NCBI GenBank assembly: GCA_951812955.1
Contig: OX638340.1
Span: 736,001 to 800,000 of the forward strand
Length of the DNA: 64,000 bases
Source: an uncultured Gemmatimonadota bacterium
GTDB lineage: Bacteria > JAAXHH01
Direction: 5' to 3'
The position numbers and the translations under genes were made by a program. The notes beneath the pieces are model-generated. The model saw nothing but the letters and a program-made list of their open reading frames with translations. It was not told where the DNA came from and did no database searches. This document shows, piece by piece, positions 28,597-37,506 of the stretch (position 1 is its first letter; every line of letters starts with the position of its first letter).

Positions 28597-30384
28597 ATGC
28601 GAAAAAGTATCAAGCACATCCTCTTTCTCGAACCGAAATCCTCCCATCTGCACGTGTATTCGGACGCGTACATTCCGCGTATCGGCTGCCTGGTGCTCGC
28701 GACGATCATGCGGAAACTGGGTTACGGCGTGCGGGTGATGCTGGAAGAAGTGGAGGAGATCGATACCAACGAGTTCGGGGAAGCCGACCTGATCTGCATA
28801 TCCTCCCTGACCTCGACGGCGCCCGGGTCCTACCAGTACGCCGATTTCATCCGGAACGTCTATCCGGAAAAGACGATCGTGATGGGCGGGACGCACCCGA
28901 CTTTCGTACCCGATGAAGCCCTCCAACACAGCGATTTCGTGGTGCGCGGCGAGGGGGAGGAAGCGCTGGTCGAGCTGGTCAAGTGCCTGGAATCCGGCGC
29001 CGACTACCGCGGCATCGCCAATCTCTCCTGGGTGGAAGACGGCCAGGCGATCCACAATCCGGAGCGACCGAAGGCGGAAGACCTGGACGTGCTGCCCATA
29101 CCGGACTTCAGTCTGGTTCCTTCCGGCCGACTGGATATCATGTCGATACAGACACAGCGTGGCTGCCCGTGGGACTGCAGTTTCTGCACAGTGACCAAGT
29201 TGAACGGGCACAAGTTGCGCGGCCATTCGGTCGAACGCGTGCTCGATATGCTGGAAGCCTATACGAAGATGCCGAATTTCAGCTACCTCTTTTTCGCAGA
29301 TGATATCTTCAACGTGCCAGTGGATCGCACCATGGCCATCATGCAGGGCATGATCGACCGCAGGCTGACCATACCGTGGGCCGCGCAGATGCGCCACGAA
29401 ATCTCGAAGCAGCCGGAGTTGATGAAGAAGATGCGCGAGGCGGGATGTGACCGCGTGATGATCGGTTTTGAATCCATCGACGAAACGGCCCTCGAGCTGT
29501 ACGGCAAGAAAGAGACTGCGCTGGACGTAGAACGGGCCATCGACGCGATCCATGACCACGGGATCGATCTCCACGCCATGTTCATTGCCGGCGCAGATTC
29601 GGATCATCCGGAAACCATCAAGACGCAGTTCGAATTCGCCAAGAAGAAGGACCTGGCGACCTCGCAGTGCATGATCCTGACGTATCTGCCCGGTTCCGAA
29701 GACACCATCCGTTACGATCTCCAGGGCGGCGAGTACCTGAGCCACGACTGGAGCCACTACGACGGCCACCATGCCAATCACCCCGTCCCGAACATGACCC
29801 GTTACGAACTGGTCAACACGGTGATGGAAGGCATGAAGGGGATGTACGCGCCGCACCGTATCCTGTCCAAGCTGGGCAGCGCGGCATGGAACGCGGTCAA
29901 GTTAAACAAGCGGGAGGCTACGCGGCAACTGCGTAACGGCCTGCTCCGGCTGAACGGCTACTCCATCCTGCAGCGGTGGTTCACGGAGCACACCGACTAC
30001 CTGGCCGGTCTTCGCGCCGAAAACGTGTCTCTGTCACCGGATCGCTACAAGCGCGTGCTCCTGGCCGTTTCCAACGTGGACGTGAGCCGCGTGCTCCACA
30101 AGTTCCTGGACGAGATGAACATACGCGTAGAAGAATACAGCGAGGAAAAACTCTCCGCCCTCAAGGATTCCGACCTCGTCGTCATGGCGGGAGAGATGGT
30201 GGACGACGTGAGGGCCAAGGTCCAGAACCTGCACATCTTCCCGGTACACGACAAGAATACGCGTATGGACCGGACCCTGACCCAACTCGGCATCCTCTTC
30301 ACCGAGAACGTGGACAAGGTACGCGAGGCCATTGCCGCAGTGCACTTCCAGCCCGGCCAGAGCAAGGTGGCGGCGAAAAGTTGA
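28597..30384 (+). CDS. B12-binding domain radical SAM protein (class B) with a ~190-aa C-terminal extension
   Basis: N-terminal cobalamin-binding Rossmann region (DLICISSLTS...IVMGGTHPT), a radical-SAM cluster motif CPWDCSFC (CxxxCxxC), and strong GC3 bias throughout. AGGAG RBS present. Confidence 0.8.
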   Translation: MRKSIKHILFLEPKSSHLHVYSDAYIPRIGCLVLATIMRKLGYGVRVMLEEVEEIDTNEFGEADLICISSLTSTAPGSYQYADFIRNVYPEKTIVMGGTHPTFVPDEALQHSDFVVRGEGEEALVELVKCLESGADYRGIANLSWVEDGQAIHNPERPKAEDLDVLPIPDFSLVPSGRLDIMSIQTQRGCPWDCSFCTVTKLNGHKLRGHSVERVLDMLEAYTKMPNFSYLFFADDIFNVPVDRTMAIMQGMIDRRLTIPWAAQMRHEISKQPELMKKMREAGCDRVMIGFESIDETALELYGKKETALDVERAIDAIHDHGIDLHAMFIAGADSDHPETIKTQFEFAKKKDLATSQCMILTYLPGSEDTIRYDLQGGEYLSHDWSHYDGHHANHPVPNMTRYELVNTVMEGMKGMYAPHRILSKLGSAAWNAVKLNKREATRQLRNGLLRLNGYSILQRWFTEHTDYLAGLRAENVSLSPDRYKRVLLAVSNVDVSRVLHKFLDEMNIRVEEYSEEKLSALKDSDLVVMAGEMVDDVRAKVQNLHIFPVHDKNTRMDRTLTQLGILFTENVDKVREAIAAVHFQPGQSKVAAKS

Positions 30385-30530
30385 TGAGGTGACGGTCGGC
30401 CAGCCTGCGGTTGATTCAATTTAGGTCGGTCAACCCCTGCCGTTAATTCGGTTTGGACCGTCTGGTAGCTGCTTCTGCTTACGACGGCACCTGTTGCAAT
30501 AACATCGATATACAGAAAGAGAGATCTACC

Positions 30531-30815
30531 ATGGCCGCGTACATTATCGTGGAATACGTCGTAACGGACGAGGATGCCTTCGCAGAGTTCAGCAAAAGGA
30601 CCGCAGCAGCCGTAGAAGCCCATGGCGGCAGGTATCTGGTCCGCGGCGCCGTGGAAGTCCTGGATGGGGATTGGACGCCGGAACGCATGGTCGTCGTGGA
30701 ATTTGAAAACAGCGACGCGGCGAGGGCCTGGCTGGACTCTTCGGATTACGCTGAACTCAAGGCATTGCGCCAGCGGGCTACCAGAGCCAGCGTGGTCTTT
30801 GCCGAGGGTGTTTGA
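30531..30815 (+). CDS. DUF1330-family small protein
   Basis: ~95 aa, MAAYIIVEYVVTD...RYLVRGG...VVVVEFENSDAARAWLDS..Y..LK..R pattern. Assigned from memory. The track ORF starts at 30453. Confidence 0.55.
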   Translation: MAAYIIVEYVVTDEDAFAEFSKRTAAAVEAHGGRYLVRGAVEVLDGDWTPERMVVVEFENSDAARAWLDSSDYAELKALRQRATRASVVFAEGV

Positions 30816-30989
30816 GCTGGACGGGCCGGTTAGTTCGAAAAGTGCCGGCCCGAATTGATGTCGTACATACAGCCCTGCCTGCAAATCCGTTCTGAGCAGT
30901 CCGCTCTAGCGGATTCAGTGAGATTCCTACCTCAGCCATACTTGAGCAATACCCCAGTCATTTACTGAGCCAATTCTGCATTTAGATCA

Positions 30990-31286
30990 CGAATTTTGAG
31001 AAAATTTGGCAGGGAATTGGATTCCGACGATGAGGCGCGGTCTGTCCTCAGTGAGCCTTCTTAAGTTGCATTCAATCTGGCTGCCATGTCAGAACTGGTC
31101 AGATTGATTGAAGATGGCGCCATAGCGTATCGACATGGATGGCGAAATCGATCGACGTCCATGCACAATCTCATTAATTGGACGTGGTGCAACCCCGATT
31201 GCACGCGCCATGAAATTCTGCGAAATGCCCATCGGCTTGAGGTACTCCTCAAGTAGAACCTCGCCGGGTGTTATGGGTTTTTGCAT
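30990..31286 (-). pseudogene. higA: HigA-family (XRE HTH) antitoxin interrupted by an in-frame TGA at 31089-31091; orphan, with no HigB
   Basis: [48 protein letters not shown] matches the HigA consensus HPGEIL.EEFLEPLG.SQ..LA.ALGV....I..IV.G.R. The ORF stops at FNQSDQF*. Read-through as Trp gives FWHGSQIECNLRRL, aligning with the family's conserved FWLNLQ..YDL tail. Confidence 0.5.
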
Positions 31287-31332
31287 AGTTATTCCTACTA
31301 CTGGAAACTACTGGTTTGGTGTACTACTAAGA

Positions 31333-33003
31333 CTAATTAACCAAATACCATTTTAGGTTCGAACCTGGAAGGTTAACTTTCACTTCCTTGAATTCAAGGA
31401 GATCCAGATTTCCTGTAAATTCACCCCGCAGTAAAACTCCTTGATCTTCATACGGTCCGATGAGAGAGTCTTCCTTATTGTCAAGTTTAATCTTCTTACC
31501 GTCTAAGGTTTCGAAAGTAATGTCCTTGAACTCTCGTGGCTTGCCAATGTCAGCCGTTGCATACACGTTTCCAAGCACCTGGTTTGCGTCCAGAGAGTAC
31601 CTTTGGGCCACAGACTCAGTCGTCGACCTTTGACTGTGCATCTCTATTGTTACCACTTCAACACCATCCTTATTGCGTCCCACAACACGTACAGGTTCTC
31701 CAAATGCTGAGACACGAGAATCGGTAACCGCTGCTATCCGATCATCAAGCAATGGATGTGTTCGGAACGCCGTAAGGTTCTTTCCATCTTCCCCTGTAAA
31801 GTAGTCCGAATAATACCGTAGTTTCCTCAATACCAGGCTAAAGGCATCGATGCCGCGCTGACCGTACAGCCGTTCCATGTACAATGCCGCCATCGCATCT
31901 GCTTCTTCCTCCATAGAGCGCGGATAGCCTTCATAGAAAACATCTGTAGCCGCTTTTGCGAATATGTATGTTAATCCTCCCAAGACCTGGATTTCGTCAT
32001 CAGATTTCCCCGAAGCAGCACCTACTGCCGCAGCGAATATGCTCAACCCCGTTGCTATAAGTTGCTTCTTCTTCTGATTCTGGTAAATTCGATAGCTATG
32101 TCGTCTTTCTACGTGTGCGATTTCATGTGCCAGTACAGCTTCGATCTCCAGATCGCTCTCTGAAGATTCCAACAAACCTCGATTTACGTATACAAAACCA
32201 GTTGGTACTGCGTACGCGTTGATCTCATCGTCTTCCATAACCGAGAATCGATAGTCGTAACCTTGTAGGGGTATAGGCCAGTGATCCAACACGCGTTTTC
32301 CTATCTCCCTTGCCCGGGACTGAAGGTCATCATCAGTCGCCATCTGATTCGCACTCTGGATCACTTGCACTGAGTACAATCCAAGTACACGTTCAGTGGA
32401 ATAGTCACTTACTAGTGGAGTCGATTTAAAACACAATGCACACGGGCGCATTCCCGTTTCTTCCGCTTCTTCAATTGAACCAAAAGGATGCTGCATGTCA
32501 GGATGAGGTAAATGATTGCTGGACGCCACATGGTACATTTTACTATCAGTGTTTCCTATCAATACTTCATATTCAGTGGAATGTTCATCCAACCTGAAAC
32601 ATAAAGCCAAACCCGTTTTAAATGCCTCCCGACCCATTACCGGTGAATGCAAGGGAGAAGAAAAACGAACCTGGCCCTTGCCCAGTCGAGTGCTTCTGAC
32701 TTCTACTTCTATTCGGTCTTCCTTTGCCTTGATTGATCGAATCTCGATCGGTTCATCTTTGGGGATTCGGAACAGATTACGATAACGTCTAGAATGGGCG
32801 TAATAATAGGTATTACCCTCGTGTTGATAGTAAGTCAGAGGATTTTGATGTATACTGCCTCTAAGTATTGCCTGACGTCCTTTTAATTCATTCTCTAGTT
32901 CCTTTACCATCTTCGAGGATACTTTTTGTGCAAATAGGTCTTCAGAAGCCACGAGACAAATCACGATGCACATATACCGAACTAAATTGCGGTCCATAAA
33001 CAT
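31333..33003 (-). CDS. secreted M48-family zinc metallopeptidase (BepA/HtpX-like HEIAH...RRH) with long unknown N- and C-terminal regions
   Basis: HExxH zinc motif AHEIAHVERRHS. N-terminal signal/TM. The gene is markedly AT-richer (~45% GC by eye) than its surroundings. The track ORF extends to 33051. Confidence 0.7.
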   Translation of the reverse strand: MFMDRNLVRYMCIVICLVASEDLFAQKVSSKMVKELENELKGRQAILRGSIHQNPLTYYQHEGNTYYYAHSRRYRNLFRIPKDEPIEIRSIKAKEDRIEVEVRSTRLGKGQVRFSSPLHSPVMGREAFKTGLALCFRLDEHSTEYEVLIGNTDSKMYHVASSNHLPHPDMQHPFGSIEEAEETGMRPCALCFKSTPLVSDYSTERVLGLYSVQVIQSANQMATDDDLQSRAREIGKRVLDHWPIPLQGYDYRFSVMEDDEINAYAVPTGFVYVNRGLLESSESDLEIEAVLAHEIAHVERRHSYRIYQNQKKKQLIATGLSIFAAAVGAASGKSDDEIQVLGGLTYIFAKAATDVFYEGYPRSMEEEADAMAALYMERLYGQRGIDAFSLVLRKLRYYSDYFTGEDGKNLTAFRTHPLLDDRIAAVTDSRVSAFGEPVRVVGRNKDGVEVVTIEMHSQRSTTESVAQRYSLDANQVLGNVYATADIGKPREFKDITFETLDGKKIKLDNKEDSLIGPYEDQGVLLRGEFTGNLDLLEFKEVKVNLPGSNLKWYLVN

Positions 33004-33092
33004 CCTCCTAGTAGTAAGTTTGTAGTTGTGAATCACCTGTGCTATTACCATGTCCTGCTATTACCAAATTTCAGAAAGCTTGCTTTATTAGC

Positions 33093-34502
33093 TCAGCCTG
33101 ACTCGCTCCCATACTTCGCGTCCCCCACTTTCTCCTGAAGCCGCTTCAATTCCGCCTTCAACTGTGTAACCACTTCCGCGTAATCGGGATCCGCGTACAC
33201 GTTGTTTAGTTCGCAGGGATCCTTCTCCAGGTCGAACAGTTCCCACTCGGGCTCGGACTTCGGACCGATCGCGCCTTCCTGTCCGAGGGGGTCACCGTAA
33301 TAGTTGATCAGCTTGAACCGCAGGGTGCGGACGCCGTAGTGGGCGCAGACGTTGTGGTGGGCGCCGTGCATCCAGTACCGGTAGTACATGGACGTCTGCC
33401 ATTCATCCGGGGTCTCTCCCTGCAGGAGCGGCCGGAAGGAACAGCCCTGGAATGACTTCGGGATGTCCGCGCCTGCGCAATCCAGGAAGGTGGCGGGGAA
33501 GTCGACGTTCAGGATCATGTCTCCGTTCACCGTTCCCGGCGCCACCTCTCTGGGGTATCGGATCAGGAAGGGCATGCGCAGAGACTCCTCGTACATGAAC
33601 CGCTTGTCGTACCATCCGTGGTCTCCGAGGAAGAAACCCTGGTCCGACGTGTAGATCACGATGGTGTCCTCCGCGATCTCTTCTTCATCCATATAGTCCA
33701 GCAATCTGCCTACGTTGTCATCGATCGAGGCTATGCATCGCAGGTAGTCCTTGATATACCGCTGGTACTTCCAGCTTTTCTCTTCGGCGGGTGTCAGGCC
33801 TTCCGGTACAGGCACCTTCAGATCCTCCGCGGTGAGATCGCTTTCAACCCGCATCCGGGCGGCCGTGGCGGCCGCGGCCCGGTTCGAATAGTCGTCGTCG
33901 AAAGTCTCCGGCTCCGGGATGTCCTCGTCCTCATACATGTTCGCGTGCCGGTCGTCTGGCTCCCAGGACCTGTGCGGCGCCTTGTGATGAACCATGAGGC
34001 AGAAGGGACGGTCCCGGTCGCGGCCGCGTAGCCAGTCCAGGGAATAGTCCGTGATGAGATCGGTGGTGTACCCGCTTCGCTTCGTCCGTTCTCCCATTCT
34101 GATCATCTCGGGATCGTGATACAGGCCCTGGCCGGGCAGCACGTCCCAGAAGTCGAATCCGGTAGGATCGTGGATGCCTCCGTGGCCGAGATGCCACTTG
34201 CCTACCACCGCCGTCTGGTAACCCTGTTCCTGCAGCACCTTGGGATAATTCAGCAGGCGTCCGTCCAGGTGGGTGGACAGGGTGGTGACGCCGTTTACAT
34301 GGTTATACGTTCCCGTCAGGATAGCCGCACGGCTGGGCGTGCAGATGGAATTGGTGCAGAAGCAGTTGTCGAACCGCATCCCTTCGGCCGCGATGCGGTC
34401 GATATGGGGCGTCGCGTTGATCCTGCTGCCATAGGCGCTGATGGCGTGTGACGCGTGATCGTCGGCCATGATGAACAGGATGTTCGGGCGTGATTGGGGC
34501 AT
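33093..34502 (-). CDS. Cys-type sulfatase (arylsulfatase family) without a signal peptide
   Basis: MPQSRPNILFIMADDH...CTPSRAAILTG (C-x-P-x-R formylglycine motif)...GKWHLG. The N-terminus starts directly at the conserved core. Confidence 0.85.
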   Translation of the reverse strand: MPQSRPNILFIMADDHASHAISAYGSRINATPHIDRIAAEGMRFDNCFCTNSICTPSRAAILTGTYNHVNGVTTLSTHLDGRLLNYPKVLQEQGYQTAVVGKWHLGHGGIHDPTGFDFWDVLPGQGLYHDPEMIRMGERTKRSGYTTDLITDYSLDWLRGRDRDRPFCLMVHHKAPHRSWEPDDRHANMYEDEDIPEPETFDDDYSNRAAAATAARMRVESDLTAEDLKVPVPEGLTPAEEKSWKYQRYIKDYLRCIASIDDNVGRLLDYMDEEEIAEDTIVIYTSDQGFFLGDHGWYDKRFMYEESLRMPFLIRYPREVAPGTVNGDMILNVDFPATFLDCAGADIPKSFQGCSFRPLLQGETPDEWQTSMYYRYWMHGAHHNVCAHYGVRTLRFKLINYYGDPLGQEGAIGPKSEPEWELFDLEKDPCELNNVYADPDYAEVVTQLKAELKRLQEKVGDAKYGSESG

Positions 34503-34578
34503 GGGACCTTTCCGTTCTATAGAAGGACTTTATTAGAAGAACTTTAACAGAAGTACTGCTGTTTATGACAAGATGGGT

Positions 34579-35538
34579 TCAAGAAGCCAGTACGGTTTTG
34601 AGGGTCGACGCAGCGATATTGGCGCCGCAGATGACGATGACAACGGTACGTCCGCTGAATTCGTCCTTGCGCTTCAGCAGGGAGGCCACGGCAACGCCAG
34701 CAGAGCCCTCGACGATCTTGTGGTGTTCGTGGACCATGAACCGGATGGCTTCGCCGATTTCCTCCTCAGAGACCAGGATGTAATCGTCGACCAGGTCGCG
34801 GCAAACCGGGAAGGTAATCGATCCCGGTTCCACGTCGCCCGCGGACCCATCGGATAGCGTCTCATGCTGTTCGGTTCGTACGACACGCCCCGCGCGGATA
34901 CAGTGGTACATGGCCGCCGAGCGATCAGGCTGGCCGCCGATGATCCGCGTGCCGGGCATATGCGCCTTCAGGTAGACGGCTATCCCGCCGATCAGTCCGC
35001 CCCCTCCGACGGTGACGATGACGTCGTCGGCAGATGGCAGTTGTTGGGACAGTTCGATGCCGATGGTACCCTGTCCGCCGATGATCTGGGGATCGTTGTA
35101 GGGTGAAATCCAGATTTTGCCCTGAACGGCTGCCTGATGCTTGGCGTGCAGCTCAGTTTCCAGCGCATTGCCATCATTGAAGACCAGGCCCACTGGATAC
35201 CGCTGGATCGCCTCCACCTTGGAAGGATCGACCCCGTTGGGCAGGTAAATGGTACCGGGACAGCCCGCGATCATGCAGGCCCGGGCGACACCCTGTGCGT
35301 GGTTGCCAGTCGACGAGGTCACCACGCCCAGGGCCCTTTCCTCCGTGGCAAGTGAGAGTACCTTGTTCATGGCGCCGCGCGCCTTGAAGGAATTGGTGTG
35401 CTGCTCGCTTTCCATCTTGAGGTAGACGTCCGCTCCCGTCCGGTCGGAAAGCGGCATGGAGTGTATAAGAGGCGTCTGCAGGATATGGGGCCGAATGCGT
35501 TCTTCTGCAGCGAGGATTTCGGGTAGCAAGGGATCCAT
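34579..35538 (-). CDS. PLP-dependent threonine/serine dehydratase (catabolic-type, fold-type II)
   Basis: SFKARGAMNK lysine motif, a glycine-rich loop GGGGLIGG, and a ~320-aa length. Confidence 0.8.
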   Translation of the reverse strand: MDPLLPEILAAEERIRPHILQTPLIHSMPLSDRTGADVYLKMESEQHTNSFKARGAMNKVLSLATEERALGVVTSSTGNHAQGVARACMIAGCPGTIYLPNGVDPSKVEAIQRYPVGLVFNDGNALETELHAKHQAAVQGKIWISPYNDPQIIGGQGTIGIELSQQLPSADDVIVTVGGGGLIGGIAVYLKAHMPGTRIIGGQPDRSAAMYHCIRAGRVVRTEQHETLSDGSAGDVEPGSITFPVCRDLVDDYILVSEEEIGEAIRFMVHEHHKIVEGSAGVAVASLLKRKDEFSGRTVVIVICGANIAASTLKTVLAS

Positions 35539-35677
35539 GAACGAACTCCTGCCGGTCTGTCAGTGCGGCTGGATGATCGCGGCTGTCCGTCAGCTCGGCC
35601 GGGAAATTGCGCCCAGCCCATCGGCGCGGCCGAGCGGCGGTTGTCCTTCAGCGCAGCTGGGTGGCGGTTGCCGTCCT

Positions 35678-36127
35678 TCAGCCCGACTGGCCGACATCGA
35701 CCTCGACGTGCCTGATCCTGCCGTCATCGGTGAAGGTGATTGTTTCGCGTCCCCGGCGCTCCACGGACTGCCCCGTTTCGGCACGGGTAGCCCGCATCGT
35801 GAATTCGAAGGAGACCGTATCATCGGAATCAGCACAGTAGTCGTCCACCGTCCAGTGCACGTCGGGAAAATCGGAGAAAAAGCCGCTCATCATCTCCCGG
35901 ATCTCGTCCAGCCCCTCAAAGAGGCCGAACTGTGACGACTGATAGGTGGCGTTGGGATCGAACATGGGAAACACTTCGTCAAGCACGTGGCGGTTGGACA
36001 GCTCGACATAGCGCCTTGCCAGATCCGCCGCTTTCCGTCGATCCATGCCATGCTCCCAAGGTGAGGCCCAAACAGGTTTCCGGTGGTTGTACGCGAAAAT
36101 GTGCCATGCCCCGACAGGCCGTGTCAA
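35678..36127 (-). CDS. NTF2-like/SnoaL-like small protein
   Basis: ~120-150 aa with an alpha+beta cone-like pattern. Weak motif-level call. The start may be at 36046. Confidence 0.4.
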   Translation of the reverse strand: MTRPVGAWHIFAYNHRKPVWASPWEHGMDRRKAADLARRYVELSNRHVLDEVFPMFDPNATYQSSQFGLFEGLDEIREMMSGFFSDFPDVHWTVDDYCADSDDTVSFEFTMRATRAETGQSVERRGRETITFTDDGRIRHVEVDVGQSG

Positions 36128-36325
36128 GTTGGAAAACCATGCGGCTATCGTTCCAGAAGGCGGCGTCTACCCGAGTGAAGCACAAGCGGGGTTGACGCGA
36201 TTTCTTTTATCTTGCACTATCTCTTCATGACACGGCAACTTACCTGGGTAACCTACCTTGGCAACCTGCCGTGTGAAAGTCCAATCTGCACGAATGCGAA
36301 GAACTAACCCGCCACGGACCATGAC

Positions 36326-37462
36326 ATGAGATCAGATACGATTTTCGATGAGTTGGAAACGCCCGCCGTATTGCTCGATGAGACCAGGTTGATGGAGAAT
36401 CTGCGCGCCATGCAGTACCTGGCGGATCGGCACGGCGTCGCACTGCGTCCCCACGCCAAGACCCACAAGTCCCTGGAGATCGGAAGAAGGCAGATCGGAC
36501 TGGGCGCGTCGGGCGTCACCGTGGCCACGGTGGACGAGGCACTGGTCTTCACGGCGGGTGGGTTCAAATCCATAACCGTCGCACGGCCGGTGGTCTCCCC
36601 GTCGAAATGGGACCGATTGCTGGCCGCGGCAAAGGACCGAAGCGTCGCGGTGCGCGTGGTGACCGACTCGAGGGAAGGCATCCAGGTAGCGGGCGAGCGG
36701 GCGGCGGTCCACGGGTACATCGTCGGACTGTTCCTGAAGATCGACGTGGGACTGCACCGATGCGGCCTGTTGCCGGAGGATCCGCGAGTCGTCGAGCTGG
36801 CAGGGATGATACATGATCACGCGGACCTTGATTTCCGTGGCATCCTGTCCCACGCGGGCCACGCGTATGGTTCAAAATCCAGGGCAGAGGCCGTGCGCGT
36901 AGCGGAAGAGGAACGGCGAACCCTGATCGCGGTGCGCGACGCGTTGCGGGCGGACGGCCTGCCGGTAACAGAGGTCTCCGTCGGCGCGACGCCGGCCGTC
37001 TTGGCTACGGATTGCTTCGACGGAATTACCGAGATCAGGCCGGGCAACTACGTCTTTCTTGACCTGCTTCCCGTTCGCGTTGGCGTGGCCAGCCTGGACG
37101 ACGTTGCCCTGTCTGTGCTGGCCACGGTGATCAGCAAGAACGAGACTTACTTCGTGACCGACACCGGTTCGAAGACGTTGACTTCGGATACAGGGGTGCA
37201 CGGCATGACAGGGAACCAGGGGTTCGGCCTCGCCTACCCGGAAAGGGGCTTCCTTGAAACCGCCTGCGAGATGATCGTAGAAAAAGTCTCCGAAGAGCAT
37301 GGCATGGTCAGGCGAAACGGGTTCGACCTGCCCATCGGGGCTAAAATTCGCGTGGTGCCGGTACACAGCTGTCCGGTGGCGAACCTGGCGAGGTCCTATG
37401 TGGTGCTGACTCCGGACGGAATCGAATCCTGGCAGGTGGACGCCGCGGGCGGTTCAAGGTAG
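36326..37462 (+). CDS. fold-type III PLP enzyme of the alanine-racemase-N/D-serine-dehydratase-like family (DSD1 / D-threonine aldolase-like)
   Basis: RPHAKTHK PLP-lysine motif near the N-terminus, and the family-typical C-terminal RVVPVHSC. Confidence 0.7.
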   Translation: MRSDTIFDELETPAVLLDETRLMENLRAMQYLADRHGVALRPHAKTHKSLEIGRRQIGLGASGVTVATVDEALVFTAGGFKSITVARPVVSPSKWDRLLAAAKDRSVAVRVVTDSREGIQVAGERAAVHGYIVGLFLKIDVGLHRCGLLPEDPRVVELAGMIHDHADLDFRGILSHAGHAYGSKSRAEAVRVAEEERRTLIAVRDALRADGLPVTEVSVGATPAVLATDCFDGITEIRPGNYVFLDLLPVRVGVASLDDVALSVLATVISKNETYFVTDTGSKTLTSDTGVHGMTGNQGFGLAYPERGFLETACEMIVEKVSEEHGMVRRNGFDLPIGAKIRVVPVHSCPVANLARSYVVLTPDGIESWQVDAAGGSR

Positions 37463-37506
37463 CATGCGGCGGCAACGTTCCAGGATGGACCGTGCAACCG
37501 AGTAGG

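Noticed and set aside
31135-31356. 73-aa plus-strand ORF that could have been a HigB partner
   Set aside because: No RelE/HigB-like motifs. It overlaps the HigA remnant on the opposite strand and the M48 gene end.
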